A stretch of DNA of 64,000 bases. Source: Desulfurococcales archaeon. Its GTDB lineage: Archaea; Thermoproteota; Thermoprotei_A; Sulfolobales; Desulfurococcaceae. Below are positions 11,005 through 20,136 of the stretch, in pieces. Below the pieces are notes generated by a model that saw nothing but the letters and a program-made list of their open reading frames with translations, was not told the origin of the DNA and did no database searches. The stretch lies in contig JALVYU010000031.1 in assembly GCA_027022365.1 (NCBI GenBank), positions 192,001 through 256,000 of the forward strand, given 5' to 3'. Position 1 is the stretch's first letter, and every line of letters starts with the position of its first letter. The position numbers and the translations under genes were made by a program.

Positions 11005-11201
11005 TCTCCAGATCGGCTGGAGGTCGACCAGTATCTGGTTTATCCAGTATTGTGGTTATTTCTTGGTAAGTATTCATAGTAAGTGTTAGTATCTTTTGTA
11101 ACTTATACCACATGTACTAACGTCCTTGAATAATATGTGATCTCGATAAAATAATGTCTGATAAGGGAATCCTATACATGAATGTCCGTGAGGGATAGGT
11201 A

Positions 11202-13205
11202 ATGAAACGAATAAGCAAGCCTTTAGCATCTATTATTCTACTAGTAATGATGGCTTTGAGCCTAGCATCCACGCTCTACTACTTACCGATCGCAAGCGCT
11301 GAGACGAGACCCACACTGGTAATAGGGCTTCCGGATCTTCCTGCGAACAGATTCAACCCTCTGAACTTCAAGATGGTATATACACAAGTAATAGCTGATG
11401 CTATGTTCGAGCCCCTTGTAAGAATTAGGTGGGACGGCAACGGATACATACCTAACCTCGCAGTCAGCTGGGAGACCAAGGATGATGGCAAAGTATGGAT
11501 ATTCCACCTAATACACAACGCGACATGGCATGATGGCAAACCAGTGACGGCCGATGATGTGGTTTATACGTACCAGCTGATAAAGAAGTACCAGGCACTA
11601 CAGGGAGGACGTGAGGACTTCGTTAAAAAACTAGTCGATGTCAAGAAGATCGATGATTATACTGTCGAATTCGACTTTAGCTCTGCTCCAGTCAACGCCT
11701 TCGTAGTATTCAGCGGAGTATACATAGTGCCTAAACACATATGGGAAACCCTATCAGACCCGACAGCTCCACTCCCATGGAGCAAACTTATAGGCTGCGG
11801 GCCATTCATGTACAAGTCCAGTAGCCCAACATCAATAACCCTGATTGCCTACGATAAGCACTTCAGAGGCGCCCCGGAGCCCAAGGAGCTACAATTCGTT
11901 AAGGTAAGCCAGTTCGTCGCTAAGCTAGTGGCTGGAGAGATAGATGCTGGCTACTTCACAACATACAAGGCCAGCGACGTCAAGCAGCTCGCCGAGCTAG
12001 CTGCCCAGGGCAAAGTAGTTCTCTACAAGACCCTCGGTAGCTCAACACATATGCTGATATTCAATATGGAGAAACCACCAATGAACTTCCTAGCATTCAG
12101 AATGGCTGTCGCCTACGCCATAAACGTTACGAGGATCATCGAGAAATACTATGGAAACCTAGCCCTGCCGGGCAACCAAGCACTTCTGAACCCGAAGGGA
12201 TATAACTGGACACTATACATACCGAAGGAGAAGATCTATCCATGCAACAAGACATTGGCTAAAGAGATACTGACAAAGGCCCTCGGCCTCAAGCCGGGGC
12301 CGAACGGCCTACTATTGGGTCCTGACGGCAAACCAATACATGTCAAGATACTTGCTAAGCAGAACGACGTATTCTGTAGAGACCTCATCGCCAAAGACAT
12401 TGCCGCCGACCTAAGATCAATCGGTATCGATGCAAAAGCATATATTGTGCCTGCAAGCCAGTTCGGCAGCGTATACAATGCTAGACAATGGGACATGGTG
12501 ATAGTAGGCTGGTTCCTGCCAGACCTAAAAGAAAGATATGGCAAACCACCAGTAGTAACCTTCGGTGAGTTCACCGCAGGTAGTGACGCCAACGTACCAA
12601 AGTTCAGCAACGCAACCTACGACAAGCTCTACCAGGAGTTCAAGACAGCTGTTGAGAACAAAGACTGGAACAAAGCCTACAAGCTCGCATGGGAAATGCA
12701 GATGATACTAGTTGAACAGATACCCGCTGTATCACTATACCATCCATACGTCGTTACAGCTGCTAGGATCGACAAGTACAAGGACTGGGTCTTCGGAATT
12801 AATTTAATGCTAAACTACTACAGCTATGTGGGTGCATCAAAGTTCGGGCTCAAAGGACCTGCCAAGTTCCACGAGCTGTCAGGTCAGTACCTATTATCTA
12901 AGGTGCATATGCCGACAACTGATGAAATGAAGGCTCTTCATGACTGGATATCGAATCATCTAATTTCGTGGGGCGTACTACCAAAAGCGACGACTACAAC
13001 TACAACCACAACTACCACGACCACAACACCGTCGCAGACCACAACAACTACGCCTCCAGCTTCACCAACGACAACGACGACAACCCCGACACAAACGCCG
13101 ACAACAACTCCTTCACAAGGTATGAGCCCAGCACTTATAGCGGGCATAATCATTGCTATAATCATTATCGTAGCGATCATAGCGATCTATGCTAAGAAGA
13201 AATAA
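11202..13205 (+). CDS. Family 5 ABC substrate-binding protein (OppA/DppA-like) with Thr/Pro linker and C-terminal membrane anchor
   Basis: Signal peptide; PNLAVSWE, WHDGKPVTADDVVYT, GCGPF; poly-Thr linker; TM followed by KKK tail. Confidence 0.92.
   Translation: MKRISKPLASIILLVMMALSLASTLYYLPIASAETRPTLVIGLPDLPANRFNPLNFKMVYTQVIADAMFEPLVRIRWDGNGYIPNLAVSWETKDDGKVWIFHLIHNATWHDGKPVTADDVVYTYQLIKKYQALQGGREDFVKKLVDVKKIDDYTVEFDFSSAPVNAFVVFSGVYIVPKHIWETLSDPTAPLPWSKLIGCGPFMYKSSSPTSITLIAYDKHFRGAPEPKELQFVKVSQFVAKLVAGEIDAGYFTTYKASDVKQLAELAAQGKVVLYKTLGSSTHMLIFNMEKPPMNFLAFRMAVAYAINVTRIIEKYYGNLALPGNQALLNPKGYNWTLYIPKEKIYPCNKTLAKEILTKALGLKPGPNGLLLGPDGKPIHVKILAKQNDVFCRDLIAKDIAADLRSIGIDAKAYIVPASQFGSVYNARQWDMVIVGWFLPDLKERYGKPPVVTFGEFTAGSDANVPKFSNATYDKLYQEFKTAVENKDWNKAYKLAWEMQMILVEQIPAVSLYHPYVVTAARIDKYKDWVFGINLMLNYYSYVGASKFGLKGPAKFHELSGQYLLSKVHMPTTDEMKALHDWISNHLISWGVLPKATTTTTTTTTTTTTPSQTTTTTPPASPTTTTTTPTQTPTTTPSQGMSPALIAGIIIAIIIIVAIIAIYAKKK
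12988..13110 (+). repeat. Low-complexity ACN-codon repeats encoding a Thr/Pro linker
   Basis: Encodes TTTTTTTTTTTTTTPSQTTTTTPPASPTTTTTTP inside the substrate-binding protein. Confidence 0.85.
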
Positions 13206-13269
13206 AAAACAGATATAGCTAGTTATCATCAAACAAGTCTTTTTCCCATAACGATTATAATGGATATAA

Positions 13270-13290
13270 TTTCTTTATAAGGTAAGTAAA
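13270..13290. promoter_or_regulatory. Repeated intergenic motif TTTCTTTA(T)AAGGTAAGTAAA (candidate operator/promoter), copy 1
   Basis: Near-identical copy at 16702-16721 and partial copy at 11059-11072, all intergenic within the accessory block. Confidence 0.5.
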
Positions 13291-13382
13291 TTATTTACAA
13301 AAACATAATCTCCTATCACCCTGCTATCCATATATAATTGGTACATAACATTAGTAACCCTTTAGAACATTTGGTGGACATT

Positions 13383-14357
13383 ATGTCCTGGATGGAGCCC
13401 CGTAAAATAATAAAAATAGGAGAGAAATCCTATGCGATCACACTCCCCAAGAAATGGGCTAAAATCCTAGGAATAAAGCCTGGGGACTCGGTAAATCTCA
13501 CCATGGATAAGAACGGAGTAATACATGTATACATGATAAACAAGAAGCCGAAGAAAGAAGAAGGCTTCGCAATAGTCCTCGACGCCTCAAAACTATCTCT
13601 CAATGAGCTGGAAGAATGTCTGCGTGGATGTTACATAGAGGGGCTTGATAGTATAATAATCAAAAACCTTAAGCGGGACGAGTTCAAGCCCCCCGTGCTA
13701 AACGATATAATAGTGAAGCTACCCGGAGTAATTATCCTTGAGCCTGGTCCCGAGGACATAGTACTAAAGATAGCAATAACCGAGGACATCATAGACTTAG
13801 ATGAAGTAGTTACAAGGATGTCGCATATCCTCGAGAACATGTTCGACTATATGGAGAGCTATATCAATACAGGAAAGAAGGATGAAGGTGAAACAATACT
13901 TAAACTAGACGATGAGCTAGACAGACTCTACCATCTGGGTCAGAGGCTGATCAGGAAAAAGATGCGTGCAAAAATAATGTCCTCGAGAAACTATCTCGAT
14001 CTACTCGACTACCTAATGATAATCACAAACCTGGAGCATATCGGTGATTGTCTAGACAGAGGCGTAAGGATACTCCTCGAGAAAGAATGGGGAGATATTC
14101 AGGACGAGCTTAGAGAGTCAGTACTGAAATCAAGGAAGATAGTCTTCGACACAATTGCAGGGATAAGATATCCCAACCTTAAAATACTCAGCAATCTAAG
14201 ACTACGGAGAAGAGAACTTAAACAATTACTTAGAAACATCGTGCTGAAAAAACCAGAGTTCAGCGGAGTAGTCAACGAGTTCGAGCTAATATCGACTCTG
14301 AGCACAGACATAGCCGAAGTAACCGTGTTCAGATATCTCAGGAAACAATCAGAGTAA
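13383..14357 (+). CDS. AbrB-PhoU family transcriptional regulator
   Basis: RKIIKIGEKSYAITLPKKW AbrB domain; DDELDRLY...LEHIGD PhoU domain; GGTGGA RBS before ATG 13383. Confidence 0.88.
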   Translation: MSWMEPRKIIKIGEKSYAITLPKKWAKILGIKPGDSVNLTMDKNGVIHVYMINKKPKKEEGFAIVLDASKLSLNELEECLRGCYIEGLDSIIIKNLKRDEFKPPVLNDIIVKLPGVIILEPGPEDIVLKIAITEDIIDLDEVVTRMSHILENMFDYMESYINTGKKDEGETILKLDDELDRLYHLGQRLIRKKMRAKIMSSRNYLDLLDYLMIITNLEHIGDCLDRGVRILLEKEWGDIQDELRESVLKSRKIVFDTIAGIRYPNLKILSNLRLRRRELKQLLRNIVLKKPEFSGVVNEFELISTLSTDIAEVTVFRYLRKQSE

Positions 14358-14447
14358 GTAATCTGAAAGTAATTTTGCATATTATATTCTAAATCATCGG
14401 TTCGCCAAACAGACTAGGTATCGGAACCAAGAATTATTGGTGGTATA

Positions 14448-15458
14448 ATGGTAAAGATCGGGATAATCGGGTATGGTTTTATGGGTTCAACACATGCTAG
14501 AGTATTGAAAACAATTGATGAAGTAGAAATAGTAGCGGTAGCCGATCTAAGTCCTGAGGCGAGAAGGAGAGCCGCCAAGGAACTTCCCAGGGCAAAGATC
14601 TATGATGACGCTGAAAAACTCATAAGAGACAAGGATGTAGAGGCAGTAATAATAGCGACACCTCCTGACACCCATGTAGATTACCTAATAAAGTCTGTGG
14701 TGGAAGGAAAACATGTTCTAGTAGAGAAACCACTTGCTCCATCATTCTCCCATCTAGAGAAGCTCCTCGATCTCGAGATTCCCGACAACATTGTCGTTAT
14801 GAGCGGTTTCAGTTTACGTTATCACAGAATGTATGTTGACCTATATAGACAGATCCAAGGGCTAGGAAGAATATTCATATTCCACCACACAGCCCTTGGA
14901 GGCCTTCCATCAAACGAGTGGCTCCTAGACACGAGGATTAGTGGTGGAATGCTCAACGAGAACGCAGTACATATCATATACTTGTTCCTATGGTACCTGG
15001 GCGAGCCGGAAAAAGTCTATGCAAAACTATACAGTAAGACAGGCAAGGACATGGATGATAACCTAGTTCTAGTGACAAGTATTAAAGGCTCAACTGCCTC
15101 CTTGCTACGTTCATGGACTGCTGGCCAGATAGTCAGATATTATGAGGTCTTGGGTGAAAAAGGGTCAATACATGTAGAGGGCTATTTGGGAGGAAAAATA
15201 ACATGTGTCATAGATGGCACGAAGGAGACCAGAGAATACCCGGTAATAGTTGACGAGATGTATCGGGAAGAACTAATGGATTATATCAACTCGATAAAGA
15301 AGGGTACTCGGCCTAAGACGGGCTTGAGAGAAGCGATACTAATACAGCTGATCGTGGAAGCGGCCAAACAGTCTGCAAAGGAAAACCAGCCAGTATCGAT
15401 AATGGAGGCGGGAGGAGAGCTCGCAAAAGAGCTACTGAGAAAATATCGTAATAGGTAG
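14448..15458 (+). CDS. Gfo/Idh/MocA family NAD(P)-dependent oxidoreductase
   Basis: GIIGYGFMG, IATPPDTH, GKHVLVEKP, SGGML...H motifs. Confidence 0.9.
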   Translation: MVKIGIIGYGFMGSTHARVLKTIDEVEIVAVADLSPEARRRAAKELPRAKIYDDAEKLIRDKDVEAVIIATPPDTHVDYLIKSVVEGKHVLVEKPLAPSFSHLEKLLDLEIPDNIVVMSGFSLRYHRMYVDLYRQIQGLGRIFIFHHTALGGLPSNEWLLDTRISGGMLNENAVHIIYLFLWYLGEPEKVYAKLYSKTGKDMDDNLVLVTSIKGSTASLLRSWTAGQIVRYYEVLGEKGSIHVEGYLGGKITCVIDGTKETREYPVIVDEMYREELMDYINSIKKGTRPKTGLREAILIQLIVEAAKQSAKENQPVSIMEAGGELAKELLRKYRNR

Positions 15459-15472
15459 AGGTAATTAGTACA

Positions 15473-16696
15473 TTGCAAATAAGGATAGCCGACCCAGAGG
15501 ATCTGGAAGGAATAACTAGTGTTCTCAGGGAATCATTCAACGTATACCGCTGCATAGGGATAGACAAGGAGTACTTAGAAAAGCTCTTCAGAGTAGACGA
15601 TAGTGTTACATCCAATGCCGTATTCGTAGTAGAGGAGGACGGCAGAATAGTCTCGGTAACAATGGTTGTTGAGCGAGAGATAAGGACTGCTATAGGATGG
15701 TTACCCTTCGCGGGAATCGCCAATGTTGCCACGCACCCTAAGTATAGAGGTAGAGGTCTTGCCTCGAAGCTTCTCGCATTCATAGAGAAGCACTATGAAG
15801 AGAAGCAATACCCGCTGATAGGCCTTCTGGCAGGCTATGGTGAGCCGGCCCATAGGCTGTATCGTCGCAGAGGATTTTATGACATCGCCTATTACAGGGA
15901 GAGAATATTCGTGCTAGACGATATACCTAAGCTGGTATCACAGCTAAGAATAAGAACCTATGGAGAAAAACTGGATGGATCAGTACTCCCGATAACGGAG
16001 GCAGGAGCAGAACAACTTTATAAGCTCTATAATTCATGGATAGCAGCCAGATATTATGGCGTCTTCAAACGCTCCCTGAGAAGATGGAGGGGGATCCTGG
16101 AGACTAACCAGTATGCTACATGGTTTCTCGGCGACCACGCTGAGGGATGGTACTATGAACTGGAAAGTGGCAAGGCATACTCTTTGGTCTACATGATCAA
16201 GAATTCTCCGCTGAGTGGATGCAGGGATCGTTATGCCGCATACATACTAGAGATTGTTGCAGAGCCGCGTCATTACCCGCTCGTTCTAGCGGATACTCTG
16301 GAGAAACTGGTCGATTCTGGCGCTAAAACCATATACTATAGGCCTCCTCCCGACAAGGAATACATGGTGGAGAAAACCCGGCTCATAGTACCCGATGAAA
16401 CCCTCATGGTGAAGCCATGTTGTGCGGAATGCTTGGTCAAGCTCCTCCAGAACCATTTTAAGGAAGCAACAATAAATGTGGACAGCCGAGCAAACATAGT
16501 CATGGAATACCCGTCCGGGGCGATAGAGTTTACACCTGATAGTCTGCTAAGGATAATCCTGGGCGTCTCGGATCCCTTCGAAGAATACTTTAATGGAAAG
16601 ATAAGAGTGAGGGGTGACTATAAGATATTGTTAGAGGGGTTCAGTGCGGACTTGATATTCAGACCGCACTATATCCCTCTCATAGACAAGTGGTAA
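15473..16696 (+). CDS. Eis/GlmA-like GNAT N-acetyltransferase with C-terminal SCP2-like domain
   Basis: GIANVATHPKYRGRGLAS acetyl-CoA motif, LYRRRGF; C-terminal DPFEEYFNGKIRVRGD resembles SCP2; about 400 aa. Confidence 0.8.
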   Translation: MQIRIADPEDLEGITSVLRESFNVYRCIGIDKEYLEKLFRVDDSVTSNAVFVVEEDGRIVSVTMVVEREIRTAIGWLPFAGIANVATHPKYRGRGLASKLLAFIEKHYEEKQYPLIGLLAGYGEPAHRLYRRRGFYDIAYYRERIFVLDDIPKLVSQLRIRTYGEKLDGSVLPITEAGAEQLYKLYNSWIAARYYGVFKRSLRRWRGILETNQYATWFLGDHAEGWYYELESGKAYSLVYMIKNSPLSGCRDRYAAYILEIVAEPRHYPLVLADTLEKLVDSGAKTIYYRPPPDKEYMVEKTRLIVPDETLMVKPCCAECLVKLLQNHFKEATINVDSRANIVMEYPSGAIEFTPDSLLRIILGVSDPFEEYFNGKIRVRGDYKILLEGFSADLIFRPHYIPLIDKW

Positions 16697-16701
16697 TGAA
16701 T

Positions 16702-16721
16702 TTTCTTTAAAGGTAAGTAAA
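16702..16721. promoter_or_regulatory. Repeated intergenic motif TTTCTTTAAAGGTAAGTAAA, copy 2
   Basis: Matches 13270-13290 except for one T; upstream of the large surface hydrolase gene. Confidence 0.5.
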
Positions 16722-16878
16722 ATAATATATTGTTTCTCACGACAGCCCATAAGGATTCCGGCCAGGCAGAGTACTGTAGCCCCGCATTCATGTATGTTAT
16801 AATGTTTCCCAGTCTTTTCAATAATTACTAACGTTACAATAATCGCATATGACTCCTCATAGAAGGATTGGTGGGAAT

Positions 16879-19800
16879 GTGAGATTATCGCCTAAACCTG
16901 TCCTGCTCGGTCTTCTGATAATAATTAGTCTTCTAGCACCCATTGCTACTCTAACGATGTCAAGCTCTACCGAAAAAGTGGGAATCGCACTGATCTTCCC
17001 GGATCACCGGCCCGGCAACCCGGCCTATGCTAATGCCACAGTCGACGTACTAATAACAATCAATAAACTGATCTATTCATCACAGCCCGAACTATACATG
17101 ATCACGGCTCCGGCCTCTCTACCCATAGCAATGCCTAAGGGCACTATCGTAGGGTACGTGACTCTACAGGAATACCAGGTAATAGCCGAAGCAGTAGCAA
17201 AGACTGGTGGTTACGTTAAGCTAGTTAAGATCAGTAAGCTACCAGCGGTGCCAGCTATACAGTTATTGCCTATAAGGATCGCCGTGTTCGACAATGGAGC
17301 TATTGGAGAAATAAGTCTCCCAGACGTGTTGACGAAAATGGGGTTCAAGTACAGTGTTCTTGAGAATTCTTCTATAACCGATTTACTCCGACATAAATAC
17401 GATCTTGTCATACTACCGCCCGGAAGCGGAACTGCAACGGCACGAGCTCTAGGTATTGGAGGATCTAAAATACTGGCCAAATTTGTCGCAACAGGAGGTG
17501 GCCTCATAGGCATATGTGCCGGAGCATATGCTGTGATAAAAGGATATAATGAACCGACATCATGGCTCCAGCTTGTCGCTGCAACCCTTAAGAACTGGCC
17601 AATATGGTATCTCGGCGTAGGAGTCGTAGAGATAAACATTACTGGCGATACTCCGGTAACCTATGGCTTCAAGGGCCCCGCGGAATTCATTTACTGGAAC
17701 GGCCCTGTCCTAGTACCCTATAACTTAGGCTCCGATACTACACTAGGACTAGCAGTCGAGCCGCCTACACCGCTTGCCTATTACATAGGACCCCTAGGAA
17801 CAGAATCCTTTAAGCCAGGCAGTGGTCTCAATCTCACCTATGTGGCCAACGTCATGAAGGACGGCTACGCCATTACCGTGTCCACTTATGGTAGTGGCAG
17901 AATAGTACTATTCTCTGTACACCCAGAGCTCATGGAGGGCCTAGTCTCAGAGACTCCAAAGGCTAGGCTCCAGGACGACTATAACTGGAGAATGCTCTGG
18001 AACGCGATCTACTATGTTGCTGGTAAGAGGGTGAACCTTGGACAGAGAATAATCGGTACATGGATGTGGCCATCACTAATAACACATGCATACCAAGCAT
18101 TGCTTAAGGAGAAATACCCGTCCGGCGCTACAGCCGAGGAGAAACTAGCCGTCCTAAAGGAGGCCCTTAACTATATAGCATTGGAGCTTAAATCCTACAA
18201 CATAACCGACGTATTCCTCGAAGTAAAACTCTTGTCAGGAACACTTATCTGGCCCAGTAGTCTCGCCGAGAAATACCGTGTTCCTACACTATGCGGAAAA
18301 GACGGTGAAGAGCCATGGAACCTGACAAACGTAGTCAAGCTATTCGCTGATACACTGCATAAATACGGGATAAGGCTCCATGCATGGATTATAGTATGGT
18401 ATGATATGACATGGGGTAAGCGCGACCCCATGTATCATTGTGCTAAATGGTACTCAGCCACAAAGTATAGGCCGCCTTACCCCGTAACAAGCCGTGTACG
18501 ATTATTCAACACAACATACCAGGAATACATCGCGGAACTAGCCCGCGACCTAGTACTAAACTGTGACGTGGACGGAATTCAGCTAGACTACATAAGGTGG
18601 CCACACGTTGTCTATAGTTTCGGGCCAAGAGACTTCAAACTAGCAGAAGAACACGGCATTAACCTGACCAAAGTACAATGGTATGTTATGCTGACCTACT
18701 ACGGTATGCCTAACATGTCGATTCCCCCGAACCCAAGCCTGATCTTCGAGAAATACTACGTAGAGAAAGACCTCGATGTCGTTAAATGGTTTGAACTCAG
18801 AAGACAAGCTGTTGTAAACATCACAGTCAAAGTAAGAGATGCTGTCCTCTCCACTGGAAAGCACCTAATATTATCGGCCGCGCTAATGCCTGAAGAGGGC
18901 ACACCCTACGTAATACAGACAGTAACCGATCCTGCGACTGGGAAGAAATATACTGCCGAAATACCGGGCAAGGCATGGCAGTGGGTCCACTATGGACAGC
19001 ACTACTCTGACTTTGCCCGCGAAGGATACTGGCTGATCCCTATGACATACTATCTCGACTGGGGACAGCCTCCAAGCTGGATAGAAACGGTGGCCCGCTA
19101 CGCACTAAGCGTTGTCTCGAACATTAACCCGGAAGACAAAGTACTTTCAGGAATACAGGCATATGGTGGTGTGACGTATAATGATGTTCAGAACGAGATA
19201 TCATACGCCATCGAATCCGGAGCGCAGGGATGGGTATACTTCGTATGGAACGACTACCGTGACATAGCGTGGAGCTACCTCTCGAAACAATACATGCCAG
19301 AGATTGATGAGGCTAAAAACTTATTGGTAGGACCACTAATGCTCCAGGCAGAGGTTCTTAACGATACAAGTCTTGAAAAACAAATAAACGATATGGTAGC
19401 CACGATAAGATCGATTGGTACATCCTACTACAAACCATACCTGCCGACAATAGCGGGCGAAATTATAAGTAAAACAATGATGCTTGTAAAGGCATCAGCA
19501 CAAGGGCTGCTCAAGAAACTCGAAGAACAGGAAACAGTAGCAAAGGCAATAGCACCATCGCTGGCCAGCTACTATGACCATATCCTCGGCGAAGCCAGGG
19601 ATATGGTCTCAGAGATTATGTCGACGAGGAAGTTATCAGAGCTAACACCGCTCTACATGGAGCTGATCGAGAAGACTGTTCCAGCATACATCATAGTAGC
19701 AACAGCCTATAACCTATCATCGAAAATAACAGACTTAACAGGTTATACGAAGACACTGGCATTCAAGCTCTCCAGCATGATCAGTAGCGAAGAGAACAAA

Positions 19801-20088
19801 ATAGCCGAGCTAGGGAAAGTAGCCGAGAAACTATCGAGTACTCTGAGCAGCATTGAGAAGTCGATAGCCACGAATAAGGCAGAGATTACCAGCATAGAGC
19901 AAGAACTGGCAAATATGAAGAAAAATATCGATAGCTTATCTAAGGACACGTCATCGCTACAAGAAGAGCTGTCAAAGATAAAGAACAGCATAAACAACCA
20001 GTTGATCCTTGGACTTGTAGTATTAACGCTGATAATATCTATTGTAGCCCTCATAGCCGGGCTATATGCAGTGGTCAGGAAACATTAG
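16879..20088 (+). CDS. Cell-surface multidomain hydrolase: class I GATase-like (BPL_N-type) domain + GHL10-like glycosidase + coiled-coil stalk + C-terminal TM
   Basis: Signal peptide; LPPGSG, GICAGAY (Cys nucleophile elbow), YWNGP, SVHPE (His-x-Glu); GIRLHAW, DGIQLDYIRWP, YGQHY, IPMTY; heptad-rich C-terminus; TM plus RKH. GTG 16879 follows a GGTGG RBS. Confidence 0.75.
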   Translation: MRLSPKPVLLGLLIIISLLAPIATLTMSSSTEKVGIALIFPDHRPGNPAYANATVDVLITINKLIYSSQPELYMITAPASLPIAMPKGTIVGYVTLQEYQVIAEAVAKTGGYVKLVKISKLPAVPAIQLLPIRIAVFDNGAIGEISLPDVLTKMGFKYSVLENSSITDLLRHKYDLVILPPGSGTATARALGIGGSKILAKFVATGGGLIGICAGAYAVIKGYNEPTSWLQLVAATLKNWPIWYLGVGVVEINITGDTPVTYGFKGPAEFIYWNGPVLVPYNLGSDTTLGLAVEPPTPLAYYIGPLGTESFKPGSGLNLTYVANVMKDGYAITVSTYGSGRIVLFSVHPELMEGLVSETPKARLQDDYNWRMLWNAIYYVAGKRVNLGQRIIGTWMWPSLITHAYQALLKEKYPSGATAEEKLAVLKEALNYIALELKSYNITDVFLEVKLLSGTLIWPSSLAEKYRVPTLCGKDGEEPWNLTNVVKLFADTLHKYGIRLHAWIIVWYDMTWGKRDPMYHCAKWYSATKYRPPYPVTSRVRLFNTTYQEYIAELARDLVLNCDVDGIQLDYIRWPHVVYSFGPRDFKLAEEHGINLTKVQWYVMLTYYGMPNMSIPPNPSLIFEKYYVEKDLDVVKWFELRRQAVVNITVKVRDAVLSTGKHLILSAALMPEEGTPYVIQTVTDPATGKKYTAEIPGKAWQWVHYGQHYSDFAREGYWLIPMTYYLDWGQPPSWIETVARYALSVVSNINPEDKVLSGIQAYGGVTYNDVQNEISYAIESGAQGWVYFVWNDYRDIAWSYLSKQYMPEIDEAKNLLVGPLMLQAEVLNDTSLEKQINDMVATIRSIGTSYYKPYLPTIAGEIISKTMMLVKASAQGLLKKLEEQETVAKAIAPSLASYYDHILGEARDMVSEIMSTRKLSELTPLYMELIEKTVPAYIIVATAYNLSSKITDLTGYTKTLAFKLSSMISSEENKIAELGKVAEKLSSTLSSIEKSIATNKAEITSIEQELANMKKNIDSLSKDTSSLQEELSKIKNSINNQLILGLVVLTLIISIVALIAGLYAVVRKH

Positions 20089-20136
20089 GTTATTTATCCG
20101 TAAAACCGTTTTTTCCCTTATGGGTGTAAAGCTGTT

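Noticed and set aside
12968-13195. Repetitive ACN tract and the alternative-frame ORFs 12968-13195 (+) and 12956-13180 (-) as a CRISPR array or separate genes
   Set aside because: No repeat-spacer structure; fully explained by the poly-Thr linker of the binding protein.
16741-16790. Short GC-rich intergenic stretch as a tRNA fragment or sRNA
   Set aside because: No cloverleaf, TTCRA T-loop or C/D boxes recognisable.
17250-18030. BPL_N-type domain as a biotin-protein ligase
   Set aside because: No ligase catalytic domain, and the protein is exported; only the GATase-like fold is shared.
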